A program made the translations under genes and the position numbers. Source: Bacillota bacterium (GTDB lineage: Bacteria > Bacillota_I > Bacilli_A > RF39 > UBA660). Taken from it: DNA of 64,000 bases. Of the stretch, positions 17,897-28,100 are shown in pieces. How positions within the stretch are numbered: position 1 is the first letter of the stretch; every line of letters starts with the position of its first letter. Location: positions 327,291-391,290 of the forward strand of contig SVAS01000001.1 in assembly GCA_015059285.1 (NCBI GenBank), given 5' to 3'. The notes beneath the pieces were generated by a model that worked only from the letters and a program-made list of their open reading frames with translations, had not been told where the DNA came from and did not search any database.

Positions 17897-18595
17897 ATGA
17901 AAAAAATATTAATATTAATTACACTAATGATTGTTACTTTATTTAGTTTTTTTTCATTTAAAGATAAAAATAAAATTGAAGCAAAAGAAGAAAATCTTTG
18001 TATAAAAGATTGTATGTCTGGTGATAAAATTAGACTAAAAGATGGTAGTTACTGGCATATAATTACAACTTCTTCTGAAAAAACAATTTTATTTAGTGAT
18101 GCAAATATTGATTTAGAAGGTAATTATTTACCTGTAAATTATATGAGTTATGAAAATACTGGACAACCTGTAGCATTTGACACAATAAATGCTAGAACAA
18201 AAGAAAAAAATCCTTATTGTATTTATCCTGATTTAGGTTGTAGTGCTTATGAAAAAAATGCTAAAGATGTTTTAGAAGATAGTAATATTAAAAAAATAAT
18301 TGATGAAAATTTTGTTCCTAAAATTCAAGAATTATTTAAAACGGAAGATATAACAGTAAGACTTTTAAAAACAAAAGAATTTTGGTATTTACAAAGATTA
18401 GAAGTTATAAAAGAAGAAAAATTTTCTTGGTTATATCATAGTGCTTATTGGCTTATGGACGCGTATAGTCCTTATAGTGTATATTTATTAAAAGAAGGGG
18501 ATAAAAGTCTTTCTGTTTTAGCGCCTTATATTTTATATCAAGCTGGAATTAGACCGGTTATCGAACTTGATTCAAATCTTTTATTTGAAGCTTAA
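17897..18595 (+). CDS. Secreted/exported hypothetical protein (signal peptide) at the island edge
   Basis: MKKILILITLMIVTLFSFFSF signal-like N-terminus; no family recognised; start trimmed to the ATG at 17897. Confidence 0.5.
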   Translation: MKKILILITLMIVTLFSFFSFKDKNKIEAKEENLCIKDCMSGDKIRLKDGSYWHIITTSSEKTILFSDANIDLEGNYLPVNYMSYENTGQPVAFDTINARTKEKNPYCIYPDLGCSAYEKNAKDVLEDSNIKKIIDENFVPKIQELFKTEDITVRLLKTKEFWYLQRLEVIKEEKFSWLYHSAYWLMDAYSPYSVYLLKEGDKSLSVLAPYILYQAGIRPVIELDSNLLFEA

Positions 18596-19563
18596 TAAAA
18601 AATATTAAATAAAAAGTATACTAACGTTCCTGAAATTAAAGCATGAATAATACGGGCAAATAAAAACGGCAAATATTTAATTTTAGTATCACCTAAAATA
18701 CTCATTATTTGCATATGCCCACTTAGTCCACCAAAAGAAATAATCATTGTGCATATAGTTGTTTTTATTTTAAGAGATATTGGCAGATTACTTATAGATT
18801 TTAATCCTTGTGTTATTTCAAAAATACCATTTAAGATACTTTGACGGTATAAACTTAAATTAATATTGCAATTAATGATAGTTGTAATAACTAAAAAGAA
18901 AGTTATTACTCCTAATATTAAAAGTAATGTATTAATAGTATTAATTAAAGAATTAGTAAGAATGTTTCCAAAACTTTTATTATTACTAATTCTTTTATTA
19001 TGCATAGCTAAAATAGCTTTTTGAAAATTTATTTTTGTATTATTTTCTTTTGTAGGATAATAATTCCTAAATATAATTCCAATAATAATATTAGCTATAT
19101 AGTGACAAAATAGGATTAAAATACCAACATTTTTATTATTTAAAAATAAAATTGAGACAGTGCCTAAAATAAATAGAGGATTAGAAAAATGGGTAAACAT
19201 AAGTAGTTTAGTACCTTCTTTTTCATCTATAAGATTGTTTTGATATAATTCTTTTATATACTTGGCATTTGATGGCATTCCTGATATAATACTCATTATA
19301 AAGATAAATGAACAAACACCCCTTGTTTTAAATAATAAGTTCATTAAGGGTTTGAAAATTTCACTTAATAATTCTACAAATCCATAATTAATTAATAGTT
19401 CGGATAAAACAAAAAAAGGAAATAGAGATGGGAAAATATTATTTTTCCATATATCAAACGAAAAGGCTACAGAAGTTAAAATATTAGAAGATCTTATTAG
19501 TATTTGGCTTCCAATAAATATTAAAATTATTATAATAATAATACTGGTACTAATTTTTTTCAT
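18592..19563 (-). CDS. ylbJ: Sporulation integral membrane protein YlbJ (nucleoside-recognition-domain membrane protein)
   Basis: Polytopic membrane protein with YlbJ-like sequence (..GVCSFIFIMSIISGMPSNAKY.., ..SGHMQIMSILGDT..) and conserved adjacency to ylbL. Confidence 0.65.
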   Translation of the reverse strand: MKKISTSIIIIIILIFIGSQILIRSSNILTSVAFSFDIWKNNIFPSLFPFFVLSELLINYGFVELLSEIFKPLMNLLFKTRGVCSFIFIMSIISGMPSNAKYIKELYQNNLIDEKEGTKLLMFTHFSNPLFILGTVSILFLNNKNVGILILFCHYIANIIIGIIFRNYYPTKENNTKINFQKAILAMHNKRISNNKSFGNILTNSLINTINTLLLILGVITFFLVITTIINCNINLSLYRQSILNGIFEITQGLKSISNLPISLKIKTTICTMIISFGGLSGHMQIMSILGDTKIKYLPFLFARIIHALISGTLVYFLFNIFY

Positions 19564-19600
19564 TTTATCACCATATATTCTATATTGAAAGGAGTTTCTT

Positions 19601-20611
19601 ATGTTTACTAAAGTATATGAAAAAATAAAAGAAATTTTTAAAGAAAATTATAAAGCTTTTATAACTATGTTAGTAGTTTTTATAGTATGTACAGTAGAAT
19701 TTCCATATTACATTAATACACCGGGCGGCCTTATTAATGTAAATGATAGAGTTTCTATTGATGGTGCTTATCATGTAGAAGGAAGCTTAAACATGGCTTA
19801 TGTAACTGAAATAAAAGCAACACTACCAACTCTTTTAATTAGTTTATTTAATAAAGATTGGGATGTTTTAAAAGAAGAAGATATTGTTTATGAAAACGAA
19901 ACAATAGAAGATGCTTATTATAGAGATCATTTATTACTTGAAGAAAGTATTAATAATGCTATTATAGTAGGTTTTTCTAAAGCAGGTAAACAAGTAGAAA
20001 TCACATCATCTAGTTTACTTGTTACTTATGTAGATTTAGATAGTGAAACAAATTTAAAAATAGGCGATGAAATTATTAGTGTTAATGGAATAGAAATTAA
20101 TAATAGTAAAGATATTAGTGAAGTGCTGAAGAATAAAAAAGCGGGAGACCAAATTTATCTGCAAGTCTTAGAAGACAACAAAGAATTAACTAAGGTAGCC
20201 ACTTTAAAAGAAGAAGATGGTAAAGTTATTATTGGTATTTTAATTACTGAGAAAAAAGAAGTTGAAACAATACCAGAAGTAAAACTAAAATTTAAAAAAT
20301 CCGAATCTGGTCCTTCTGGTGGATTAATGACTTCTCTTGCTATATATAATTATTTAACGGAAGAAGATATTACTCATGGTAAAAAGATAGTTGGTACTGG
20401 TACTATTGATAATTATGGTAATGTTGGATCTATTGGCGGAATTAAATATAAATTAAAAGGTGCTATTAAAAATGGTGCTGAAATATTTATTGTACCTAAC
20501 GGAGAAAATTATAAAGATGCTATTCGGTTAAAAGAAGAAAATAACTATAAAATAGAAATAATAGGAGTATCTACAATTGATGATGCCCTAAATTATTTAA
20601 TGGACTTATAG
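19601..20611 (+). CDS. ylbL: YlbL/SepM-family PDZ-domain Lon-like S16 serine protease
   Basis: N-terminal TM, PDZ segment (IGDEIISVNGIEI), Lon-type catalytic motif SGPSGGLMTSLAIYN. Confidence 0.75.
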   Translation: MFTKVYEKIKEIFKENYKAFITMLVVFIVCTVEFPYYINTPGGLINVNDRVSIDGAYHVEGSLNMAYVTEIKATLPTLLISLFNKDWDVLKEEDIVYENETIEDAYYRDHLLLEESINNAIIVGFSKAGKQVEITSSSLLVTYVDLDSETNLKIGDEIISVNGIEINNSKDISEVLKNKKAGDQIYLQVLEDNKELTKVATLKEEDGKVIIGILITEKKEVETIPEVKLKFKKSESGPSGGLMTSLAIYNYLTEEDITHGKKIVGTGTIDNYGNVGSIGGIKYKLKGAIKNGAEIFIVPNGENYKDAIRLKEENNYKIEIIGVSTIDDALNYLMDL

Positions 20612-20645
20612 TCTTTTTTTTGATAAAATAATTACAGGTGGTTTT

Positions 20646-23189
20646 ATGAAACGTAGTGAAGTTGATATAGAAAAAGTAACGCCTATGATGCGTCAATATT
20701 TGGAAATTAAAAATGAAAATCCTGATGTCATCATCTTTTTTCGTTTAGGTGATTTTTATGAAATGTTTTTTGAAGATGCTGTTTTAGCCTCTAGAGAATT
20801 AGAACTTACTTTAACAGGAAAGAATGCAGGTTTATCTGAAAGAATTCCTATGTGTGGAGTACCGCATCATGCCGCTAATATGTACATTGAAAAATTAACA
20901 GAAAAAGGTTATAAAGTTGGTATTTGTGAACAAATGGAAGACCCAAGAAGCGTTAAAGGTATTGTAAAAAGAGATTTAACGCAAATAGTAAGTATAGGAA
21001 CTGTTATTGATAATAATGCATTAATAGAAAATGATTTTAATTATATTGGTAATGTGGTTGATTTTAATCATGCCTATGGACTTTCTTATATGGATATTTC
21101 AACAGGAATAATTTATGTTTCTTTAGTAGAACATAATATAACAAAACTAGTTAGTGAAATTGTAAGTAATGGTATTAAGGAAGTAATAATAACTGATAAA
21201 GTTGATAAAAGTATATATTCACTTTTAAAAAATCAATTTAGAATAACAGTAACTATTACAAATCATATTGATACATATAATGAATATAATTATATCTATG
21301 AAGACATAGAAGATGTTAGATATGTTGAAACGGTTAAACATTTATTAACTTATATTATGGATACACAAAAAAGAAGTTTATCGCATTTTCAAAAAGCCAT
21401 TATTAAAGAAAATAAGAAATATTTAAAAATGGATGTTCATACTAAAAGAAATTTAGAACTTACTGAAACATTAAGATTGAAAGAGCGAAATTATTCATTA
21501 ATTTGGTTACTCGATAAAACTAAAACAGCAATGGGTTCTAGAATGCTTAAAAATATATTAGAAAACCCATTAACTGATAAAGTAGAAATTAATAAACGCT
21601 ATGATTTGGTTGAGACCCTATTAAAAGAATTTATTTTAAAAGAAGAATTACAGAATTATTTATATGAAGTATATGATTTAGAAAGACTTAGTGGTCGTGT
21701 AGCGTATGGTAATGCCAATGCAAGAGATTTGTTACAATTAAAAAACTCTTTAAAAGTATTACCTGCTATTAAAGATATATTAGAACAAATAAATTTTTAT
21801 CATACTTTTACCCCTGTTTATGAACTTTATGATTTACTTGAAAAAAGTATTTATGAAAACCCACCAATTGGTTTAAAAGAAGGATTTTTAATTAAAGAAG
21901 GATATAATAGTGAATTAGATGAGTTAAAAGATTTACGTAAAGGTGGTAAGGATTTTGTAGCTCGTTTTGAAGCTTTTGAGCGAGAAAAAACAGGTATTAA
22001 AAATTTAAAAGTTGGGTATAATAAAGTATTCGGATATTTCATAGAAGTATCTAAAGGAAATACTAATTTAGTAAAAGAAGAATATGGTTATGAAAGAAAG
22101 CAAACTTTAAGTAATTGTGAAAGATATATTAGTCCAATTTTAAAAGAAAAAGAAGCATTAATTTTAAATGCTGAAGAAAAAATTGTTGAACTTGAATATG
22201 AACTTTTTATAAATATCCGTGATAAAATTAAAGAATATATTCCACAGTTACAAGAAATTTCTAAAGTTATTAGTGAAATAGACGTTTTACAATCTTTTGC
22301 AACTGTTGCTGAAAATAATAATTATGTAAGACCTACAATAGTAGAAGATAGAACTATTTCTATTATCAATGATAGACACCCTGTTATTGAAAAAGTAATA
22401 GATGGAGAATTTGTTCCAAATGACATAATTATGGATGAAAATACTAATATTTTACTTATTACAGGACCAAATATGGCTGGTAAAAGTACTTATATGAGGC
22501 AAATGGCTATAACTGTTATAATGGCTCAAATTGGTTGTTTTGTCCCTGCTGACAAAGCTAAATTACCAATATTTGATCAAATATTTACAAGAATTGGCGC
22601 TTCTGATGATTTGGTTAGCGGAGAATCGACATTTATGGTTGAAATGACTGAAGCTAATAATGCTATTACAAACGCTACTGAAAATAGTTTGATATTATTT
22701 GATGAATTAGGAAGAGGAACAGCTACTTTTGATGGTATGGCTTTAGCGCAATCAATTATTGAATATATTCATGAAAATATTAAAGCTAAAACTTTTTTCT
22801 CAACACATTATCATGAACTTACTGATTTAGAAAATAATTTAGTGGGTCTTAAAAACATTCATGTTAGTGCTTATGAAGAAAATGGCAATATTACATTTTT
22901 ACATAAAATTAAAAATGGTAGTGTGGATAAAAGTTATGGTATATATGTTGCTAAAATTGCCAAATTACCAACTAGTCTTATTAAAAGGGCTGATCAAATA
23001 TTAAAAGTATATGAAAACAAAGAAACAAAACGTGATATAAAAATTCAACAGGCTCTACCTTTAGAAGAACTTACAATAAATAAAAATGTTTTAGAAGAAG
23101 AATTAGAAAAAATTAATCCTTTAGAAATAACACCAATAGAAGCTTTAAATATACTTTATAAACTAAAGGAACAAATAAAAAACAAATAG
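20646..23189 (+). CDS. mutS: DNA mismatch repair protein MutS
   Basis: TPMMRQYLEIKNENPDVIIFFRLGDFYEMFFEDA mismatch-binding N-terminus. Walker A GPNMAGKSTYMRQ. ...STHYHELT. 847 aa. Confidence 0.92.
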   Translation: MKRSEVDIEKVTPMMRQYLEIKNENPDVIIFFRLGDFYEMFFEDAVLASRELELTLTGKNAGLSERIPMCGVPHHAANMYIEKLTEKGYKVGICEQMEDPRSVKGIVKRDLTQIVSIGTVIDNNALIENDFNYIGNVVDFNHAYGLSYMDISTGIIYVSLVEHNITKLVSEIVSNGIKEVIITDKVDKSIYSLLKNQFRITVTITNHIDTYNEYNYIYEDIEDVRYVETVKHLLTYIMDTQKRSLSHFQKAIIKENKKYLKMDVHTKRNLELTETLRLKERNYSLIWLLDKTKTAMGSRMLKNILENPLTDKVEINKRYDLVETLLKEFILKEELQNYLYEVYDLERLSGRVAYGNANARDLLQLKNSLKVLPAIKDILEQINFYHTFTPVYELYDLLEKSIYENPPIGLKEGFLIKEGYNSELDELKDLRKGGKDFVARFEAFEREKTGIKNLKVGYNKVFGYFIEVSKGNTNLVKEEYGYERKQTLSNCERYISPILKEKEALILNAEEKIVELEYELFINIRDKIKEYIPQLQEISKVISEIDVLQSFATVAENNNYVRPTIVEDRTISIINDRHPVIEKVIDGEFVPNDIIMDENTNILLITGPNMAGKSTYMRQMAITVIMAQIGCFVPADKAKLPIFDQIFTRIGASDDLVSGESTFMVEMTEANNAITNATENSLILFDELGRGTATFDGMALAQSIIEYIHENIKAKTFFSTHYHELTDLENNLVGLKNIHVSAYEENGNITFLHKIKNGSVDKSYGIYVAKIAKLPTSLIKRADQILKVYENKETKRDIKIQQALPLEELTINKNVLEEELEKINPLEITPIEALNILYKLKEQIKNK

Positions 23190-23199
23190 GAGGAATATT

Positions 23200-23589
23200 A
23201 TGAATTTATTAAAAAGGGAAAATTGGTGGATTTGGTTATTATTAACTATTTTTTCAGGTGGTAGTAGTGCTATTGTTTTGGGAGCGCTATTAGATTGTTT
23301 TGATAAAAAAGCTTGGTATGCAAATTATAAAAATTGGTTAATTGGATTTTTATGTTTTATATTTCCACTTTCAATTATGTTTGCAGTTTTCCAAATACAA
23401 TTTTTATGTATGACATCTGCTAAATTAGATGTTCCTGGTAAAGAAATATATCTTTCGCCATATATTTGGCTTTTATGTATTATCATTCCTATAATAGGAT
23501 GGATAATGTTTATAGTAATGCTTGTTTATTTAGAAGTATGGATTTTAGTAGTACTATATAAAGGTAATGGAGAAAAATATGTAAAATAG
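23200..23589 (+). CDS. Hypothetical small membrane protein (4 predicted TM segments)
   Basis: Hydrophobic 129-aa ORF with AGGAGG RBS, occupying the position where mutL is usually found. Confidence 0.5.
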   Translation: MNLLKRENWWIWLLLTIFSGGSSAIVLGALLDCFDKKAWYANYKNWLIGFLCFIFPLSIMFAVFQIQFLCMTSAKLDVPGKEIYLSPYIWLLCIIIPIIGWIMFIVMLVYLEVWILVVLYKGNGEKYVK

Positions 23590-23678
23590 AATGATGACAT
23601 TCTATTTTTCTTTCTAAATAAAGATTGTTTAAAATAATATTTAATGATATAATTAATGCTAGTGAAAAAGGTGATTAG

Positions 23679-24092
23679 ATGGAACAACAAAACAGAAGTG
23701 AATTAAGAAAAAAAATAATGACAATTTTATATCAAATTAATATTTATGAAAAAAATAAGATGGAATATAGTGTTGAAGATGTAATTAAAGAAGTAATAGA
23801 AATAGATAATGAATTTGTTAAAGATATCGTATATGGTGTAATTACATATAAAAATGATATTGATACATTAGCAAACGAATCTTTAAATAATTGGACAATT
23901 GATCGTTTAGGAAACACAGATCAGGCTATTTTAAGAATGGGCATATATGAACTTTTATATACTGATACACCATCAATTGTATCAATAAACGAAGCTGTTG
24001 AACTTGCTAAAGATTATAGTGATGATGATGTTCGTAAAATGATTAATGGTGTATTAGATAAAATATATCACGATAAAGAAAATGAGCGATAA
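23679..24092 (+). CDS. nusB: Transcription antitermination factor NusB
   Basis: 137 aa; NusB-like ..DRLGNTDQAILRMGIYELLY.. core. Confidence 0.85.
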   Translation: MEQQNRSELRKKIMTILYQINIYEKNKMEYSVEDVIKEVIEIDNEFVKDIVYGVITYKNDIDTLANESLNNWTIDRLGNTDQAILRMGIYELLYTDTPSIVSINEAVELAKDYSDDDVRKMINGVLDKIYHDKENER

Positions 24093-25284
24093 TAAGTATT
24101 TAACTGTTTCGGTATTAACTAAGTATTTAAAACATAAATTTGATACTGATGAACATTTAAGATGTGTTTTTATAAAAGGTGAGTTATCTAATTTTAAATT
24201 TCATACTTCTGGGCATTTATATTTTTCTATTAAAGATGAAAATAGTAAAATTAATGCTATTATGTTTAGTAATAATGCTAAAAAATTAACATTTAAACCC
24301 GCTGATGGCACAAAAGTTTTAATTATGGGAAGGGTTTCAATATATGAAACAACAGGCAACTACCAAATTTATGTAGAAGAAATGCAAGAAGATGGCGTTG
24401 GTAATTTATATATAGCTTTTGAAAAATTAAAAGAACAATTATCAAAAGAAGGTCTATTTAATCCTGAACATAAACTTAAAATACCTAAAATACCACACAA
24501 AATAGGAGTTATTACTGCTCCTACAGGAGCAGCTATTAAAGATATAATCTCAACTTTAAAAAGACGTTTTCCAATATGTGAAATTATTTTATTTCCTAGT
24601 TTGGTTCAAGGAGAAAACGCAGCAAGTGATATTGTTAAAAAGATTGAACTTGCTAAGAGTTATAATTTGGATTTATTAATTGTTGGCCGTGGTGGTGGTT
24701 CAATAGAAGATTTATGGCCATTTAACGAAGAAATAGTAGCTCGTGCTATATATAACTGTCAAATTCCTACTATTAGTGCTGTTGGTCATGAAATAGATTA
24801 TACAATAGCTGATTTTGTAGCCGATTTAAGGGCTCCAACTCCAACAGGCGCTGCAGAAATGGCAGTTCCAAATATTAATGATGTTATTAAACATATAGAA
24901 CAATTAAAAATTAGAACAAATGAAAGTTTATTTAAAAATATTAATTATAAAAAATTAATGTTAGATGCTATCAAAAATTCTTTTGTTTTAAAAAATCCAT
25001 TAATTTTATACGAAAATAAAAAACAACGTTTAGATATGTACTATGAAAAAATTGAAAACATTTTGAAATTTAAACTTGGGGACGCTAAAAATAAATATAG
25101 TATTATTTTAGATAAATTAGAACTATTAAATCCTATTAACACATTAAAAAGAGGCTATAGTGTTACATATTTAAGTGGAAAAGTAATAACTGATGTTAAA
25201 AAACTGAAAGAAAAAGATGAGATAAATATTAAACTTTCTAAGGGTAGTGTTTTAGCTGAAGTAAAAAAAATAGTAGAGGAATGA
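24082..25284 (+). CDS. xseA: Exodeoxyribonuclease VII large subunit
   Basis: N-terminal OB-fold motif LTVSVLTKYLKHKF...FIKGELSNFKFHTSGHLYFSIKD; 400 aa; followed by xseB. Confidence 0.9.
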   Translation: MSDNKYLTVSVLTKYLKHKFDTDEHLRCVFIKGELSNFKFHTSGHLYFSIKDENSKINAIMFSNNAKKLTFKPADGTKVLIMGRVSIYETTGNYQIYVEEMQEDGVGNLYIAFEKLKEQLSKEGLFNPEHKLKIPKIPHKIGVITAPTGAAIKDIISTLKRRFPICEIILFPSLVQGENAASDIVKKIELAKSYNLDLLIVGRGGGSIEDLWPFNEEIVARAIYNCQIPTISAVGHEIDYTIADFVADLRAPTPTGAAEMAVPNINDVIKHIEQLKIRTNESLFKNINYKKLMLDAIKNSFVLKNPLILYENKKQRLDMYYEKIENILKFKLGDAKNKYSIILDKLELLNPINTLKRGYSVTYLSGKVITDVKKLKEKDEINIKLSKGSVLAEVKKIVEE

Positions 25285-25288
25285 TTTT

Positions 25289-25507
25289 ATGAAAGAATTA
25301 AAATTTGAAGATAAAATAAATTTATTAGAAAAAATTGTTAATGATTTAGAAAATGACAATGTTAATTTAGATGAATCAATTGAAAAATACACTAAAGCTA
25401 TGAATTTGATTAAAGAATGTGATTTAGAACTTAAAAACATTGAAGAAAAAATAGCTAAAATAGTAAAAGATGATGGTTCTTTAGAAGAGTTTGAAATTGA
25501 AAATTAA
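25289..25507 (+). CDS. xseB: Exodeoxyribonuclease VII small subunit
   Basis: 72-aa coiled-coil protein ...FEDKINLLEKIVNDLENDNVNLDESIEKYTKAMNLIKEC; conserved xseA-xseB pair. Confidence 0.85.
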   Translation: MKELKFEDKINLLEKIVNDLENDNVNLDESIEKYTKAMNLIKECDLELKNIEEKIAKIVKDDGSLEEFEIEN

Positions 25508-25527
25508 TGCCAAATTGGCATTTTTTT
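25507..25527 (+). terminator. Rho-independent terminator (ATGCCAA-A-TTGGCAT plus TTTTTTT)
   Basis: Inverted repeat directly after the xseB stop. Confidence 0.6.
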
Positions 25528-25599
25528 AAATTTATATTTAAATTAATTTGTTTCATAATAATAATGTAGTCTGTAAAATATAAAAAAGGAGATGAAAGT

Positions 25600-26583
25600 G
25601 TGTTTTTTAAAAATTTTAAAAAAACTACTTTATTTATTCTTCTAACATTAATTAGTATACCAATAAATGCATTTGCCTATTCAGACTATATTATAGTAGG
25701 TGGACAAAACATCGGTATTGAAATTAAATCAAAAGGTGTTTTAGTTGTTGGGACTTATGAAATAAATAATCAAAATATTGCTTATGATGCAGGAATACGT
25801 ATTGGAGATGTAATCGTTTCTATCGATGATGAAAAAATTTCTAATGTTCAGGAAATGATTACCAAAATTAATAATTCTGATGGTAATATCAAATTAGGTT
25901 ACGTTCGTAATGATATTAATAAATATGCTAATTTAAAACTTTATAGAGAAAATAATAGTTATAAAACAGGTATATATGTTAAAGATAGTATTACTGGTAT
26001 TGGGACATTAACTTTTATAGATCCCAATACTAAACTTTTTGGTGCCTTAGGACATGAAATTATTGAAAGAAATTCAGGTCAAATACTAGAAGCCTCAGGT
26101 GGTACTATTTTTGATTCTGAAGTGATTGGTATTTCACCGAGTACTAATGGTTCAGCTGGAGAAAAAAACGCTAAATATTATATAGAACGTATCCAAGGGA
26201 ATATATTTGAAAATACAACTCAAGGCATTTTTGGTAAATATACCTCTGCTATTGATGAAAATAAATTATATAAAGTAGCAAATATTGATGAAGTAAAAAA
26301 AGGCGAAGCAAAAATTCTCACTGTTTTAAATGGTACTGATGTAAAAGAATATACAATTGATATTACTAAAATAACTTCAAATCAAAAAGTTAAAAATATA
26401 ACATTTAATATAACTGATAAAGAATTATTAAGTAAAACCGGTGGTATTGTTCAAGGTATGAGTGGTAGTCCAATTATTCAAGACGATAAAATTATAGGTG
26501 CAGTTACTCATGTAGTTTTAGATAATCCAACTAAAGGTTATGGAATATTCATTAGAAATATGTTAGAAGAGGCTGAAAATTAA
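25600..26583 (+). CDS. spoIVB: SpoIVB peptidase (S55 family), sporulation signalling serine protease; GTG start
   Basis: Signal peptide, PDZ domain (GIRIGDVIVSIDDEKI), catalytic GMSGSPI motif, GHEI motif. GTG at 25600 follows RBS AAGGAGA. Confidence 0.85.
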   Translation: MFFKNFKKTTLFILLTLISIPINAFAYSDYIIVGGQNIGIEIKSKGVLVVGTYEINNQNIAYDAGIRIGDVIVSIDDEKISNVQEMITKINNSDGNIKLGYVRNDINKYANLKLYRENNSYKTGIYVKDSITGIGTLTFIDPNTKLFGALGHEIIERNSGQILEASGGTIFDSEVIGISPSTNGSAGEKNAKYYIERIQGNIFENTTQGIFGKYTSAIDENKLYKVANIDEVKKGEAKILTVLNGTDVKEYTIDITKITSNQKVKNITFNITDKELLSKTGGIVQGMSGSPIIQDDKIIGAVTHVVLDNPTKGYGIFIRNMLEEAEN

Positions 26584-26612
26584 GATGAATTTTTTAAATT
26601 CATCTTTTTTTT
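26584..26612 (+). terminator. Rho-independent terminator after spoIVB
   Basis: AGATGAATTT...AAATTCATCT inverted repeat followed by TTTTTTTT. Confidence 0.6.
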
Positions 26613-26799
26613 GAGCCTTTATTTTTCAAAGGAAAAATTGACTTTTGACTAAAAATATGATATAATTACTCTACATCTAGAAAAAGACATAAATCAAATT
26701 AAAAAATTGATTATTACATTTTTATTTAACAAATTTGATTTAAGTTGACAAGTAGGGATTATTGTGGTAGTATATACCGTACTCAAAGGGGGAATTTAT

Positions 26800-28080
26800 A
26801 TGTATAATGAAAGATATGAGAGTAAAAAAGATGGTTTTTCTATTAAAGATATAATCGTCCAATTATTATTTATTGTATTATTTGTTTTTATCTTAATTTG
26901 GTTATTTCCAACTAAAAATAGCTTAAATGGAAAATTTGATTCAATTGATAAAGTAAATGAAAAGTTTGATGTTTTAACAAATCGTATTTTTAATGATAAT
27001 CTTCAAACAATGAAAGATGCTGCTATAAATTACTATACAACACCAAGATTACCAAAAAATGTTAACGATGTTAAATCAATGACTTTGCGTGAAATGCTTA
27101 AAGAAAAATTATTGGTTGAATTTAAAGATGCTAACAATAAATCATGTGATTTAGATGATTCATATGTAGAAGTTACAAAACTTGATGATGAATTCTTATT
27201 AAAAGTTAATTTAAGCTGTACTGATAATGATGCATATATTTTAGTTCATTTAGGATGTTATGATTATTGTAGTACTGATGTTTGTGAAAAGAAAGATACA
27301 AAAACAAATCCTGTTGTAAATGTACAACCAACTGTAACTCCAAGTGTTCCAAGTAAACCAAGTACTCCAGTGCAAAAAACATGTTCTTATAAATATCAAA
27401 AAGTAGTTACTGATTCTAAATGGTCTGGCTGGTCAAAATGGTCTACAAAACAAGTGAGTGCTACAAGTACTAGAAAAGTAGATACAAAAACAGAAGTTGA
27501 AACTGTATATAAAGACGTATTAAAAGGTTACCAAAAAACAACTTATAGAGATATGGATAATCCAATTGTTGAAAATGTTCAAGTTCAAACTGAAACTGTA
27601 AGTTCAACATACTGTACATCTTATACATCTCAATATACATCTACTGGTCAAAAGAAATATGAATGGATTGATCAAGGTACTTCTTACTACAATTCACAAC
27701 CTCAACCAGATTCAAATACAAAATATGAATATGTAGGAAAAACTACTGTTGACTGTGCTGATTGTTATAATGGGGTATTATATATTTATAGAAAATATAC
27801 TTTAAAAGTTTATGATGTTGTTTCTGCTAATAGTGTATGTGCTTCATGGGGAACTGTCTCAGCTCCTATTTATATAACTGTACCAAAAATCGTAGGTTAT
27901 AACACATATACAAAAGTAGTTCCTGTTTATGAAAAACAACAAGTAACAGAAAAAGTTAAATACTATAGATATAAAACTTTATCAACTACTAGTGAAACTT
28001 TAACAAAATGGAGTTCAAGTAGTAATGATACAACTTTAATCAATCAAGGTTATAAATATGTAACTAGTGTTTGTAACTAA
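26800..28080 (+). CDS. Hypothetical membrane-anchored protein with a Cys-rich module and a Thr/Ser/Tyr-rich C-terminal region
   Basis: Start trimmed to MYNERYE after RBS AAAGGGGGA. One TM segment. CTDNDAYILVHLGCYDYCSTDVCEKKD cluster. No family recognised. Confidence 0.5.
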   Translation: MYNERYESKKDGFSIKDIIVQLLFIVLFVFILIWLFPTKNSLNGKFDSIDKVNEKFDVLTNRIFNDNLQTMKDAAINYYTTPRLPKNVNDVKSMTLREMLKEKLLVEFKDANNKSCDLDDSYVEVTKLDDEFLLKVNLSCTDNDAYILVHLGCYDYCSTDVCEKKDTKTNPVVNVQPTVTPSVPSKPSTPVQKTCSYKYQKVVTDSKWSGWSKWSTKQVSATSTRKVDTKTEVETVYKDVLKGYQKTTYRDMDNPIVENVQVQTETVSSTYCTSYTSQYTSTGQKKYEWIDQGTSYYNSQPQPDSNTKYEYVGKTTVDCADCYNGVLYIYRKYTLKVYDVVSANSVCASWGTVSAPIYITVPKIVGYNTYTKVVPVYEKQQVTEKVKYYRYKTLSTTSETLTKWSSSSNDTTLINQGYKYVTSVCN

Positions 28081-28100
28081 TAGAAAGGGGTACAATCATT

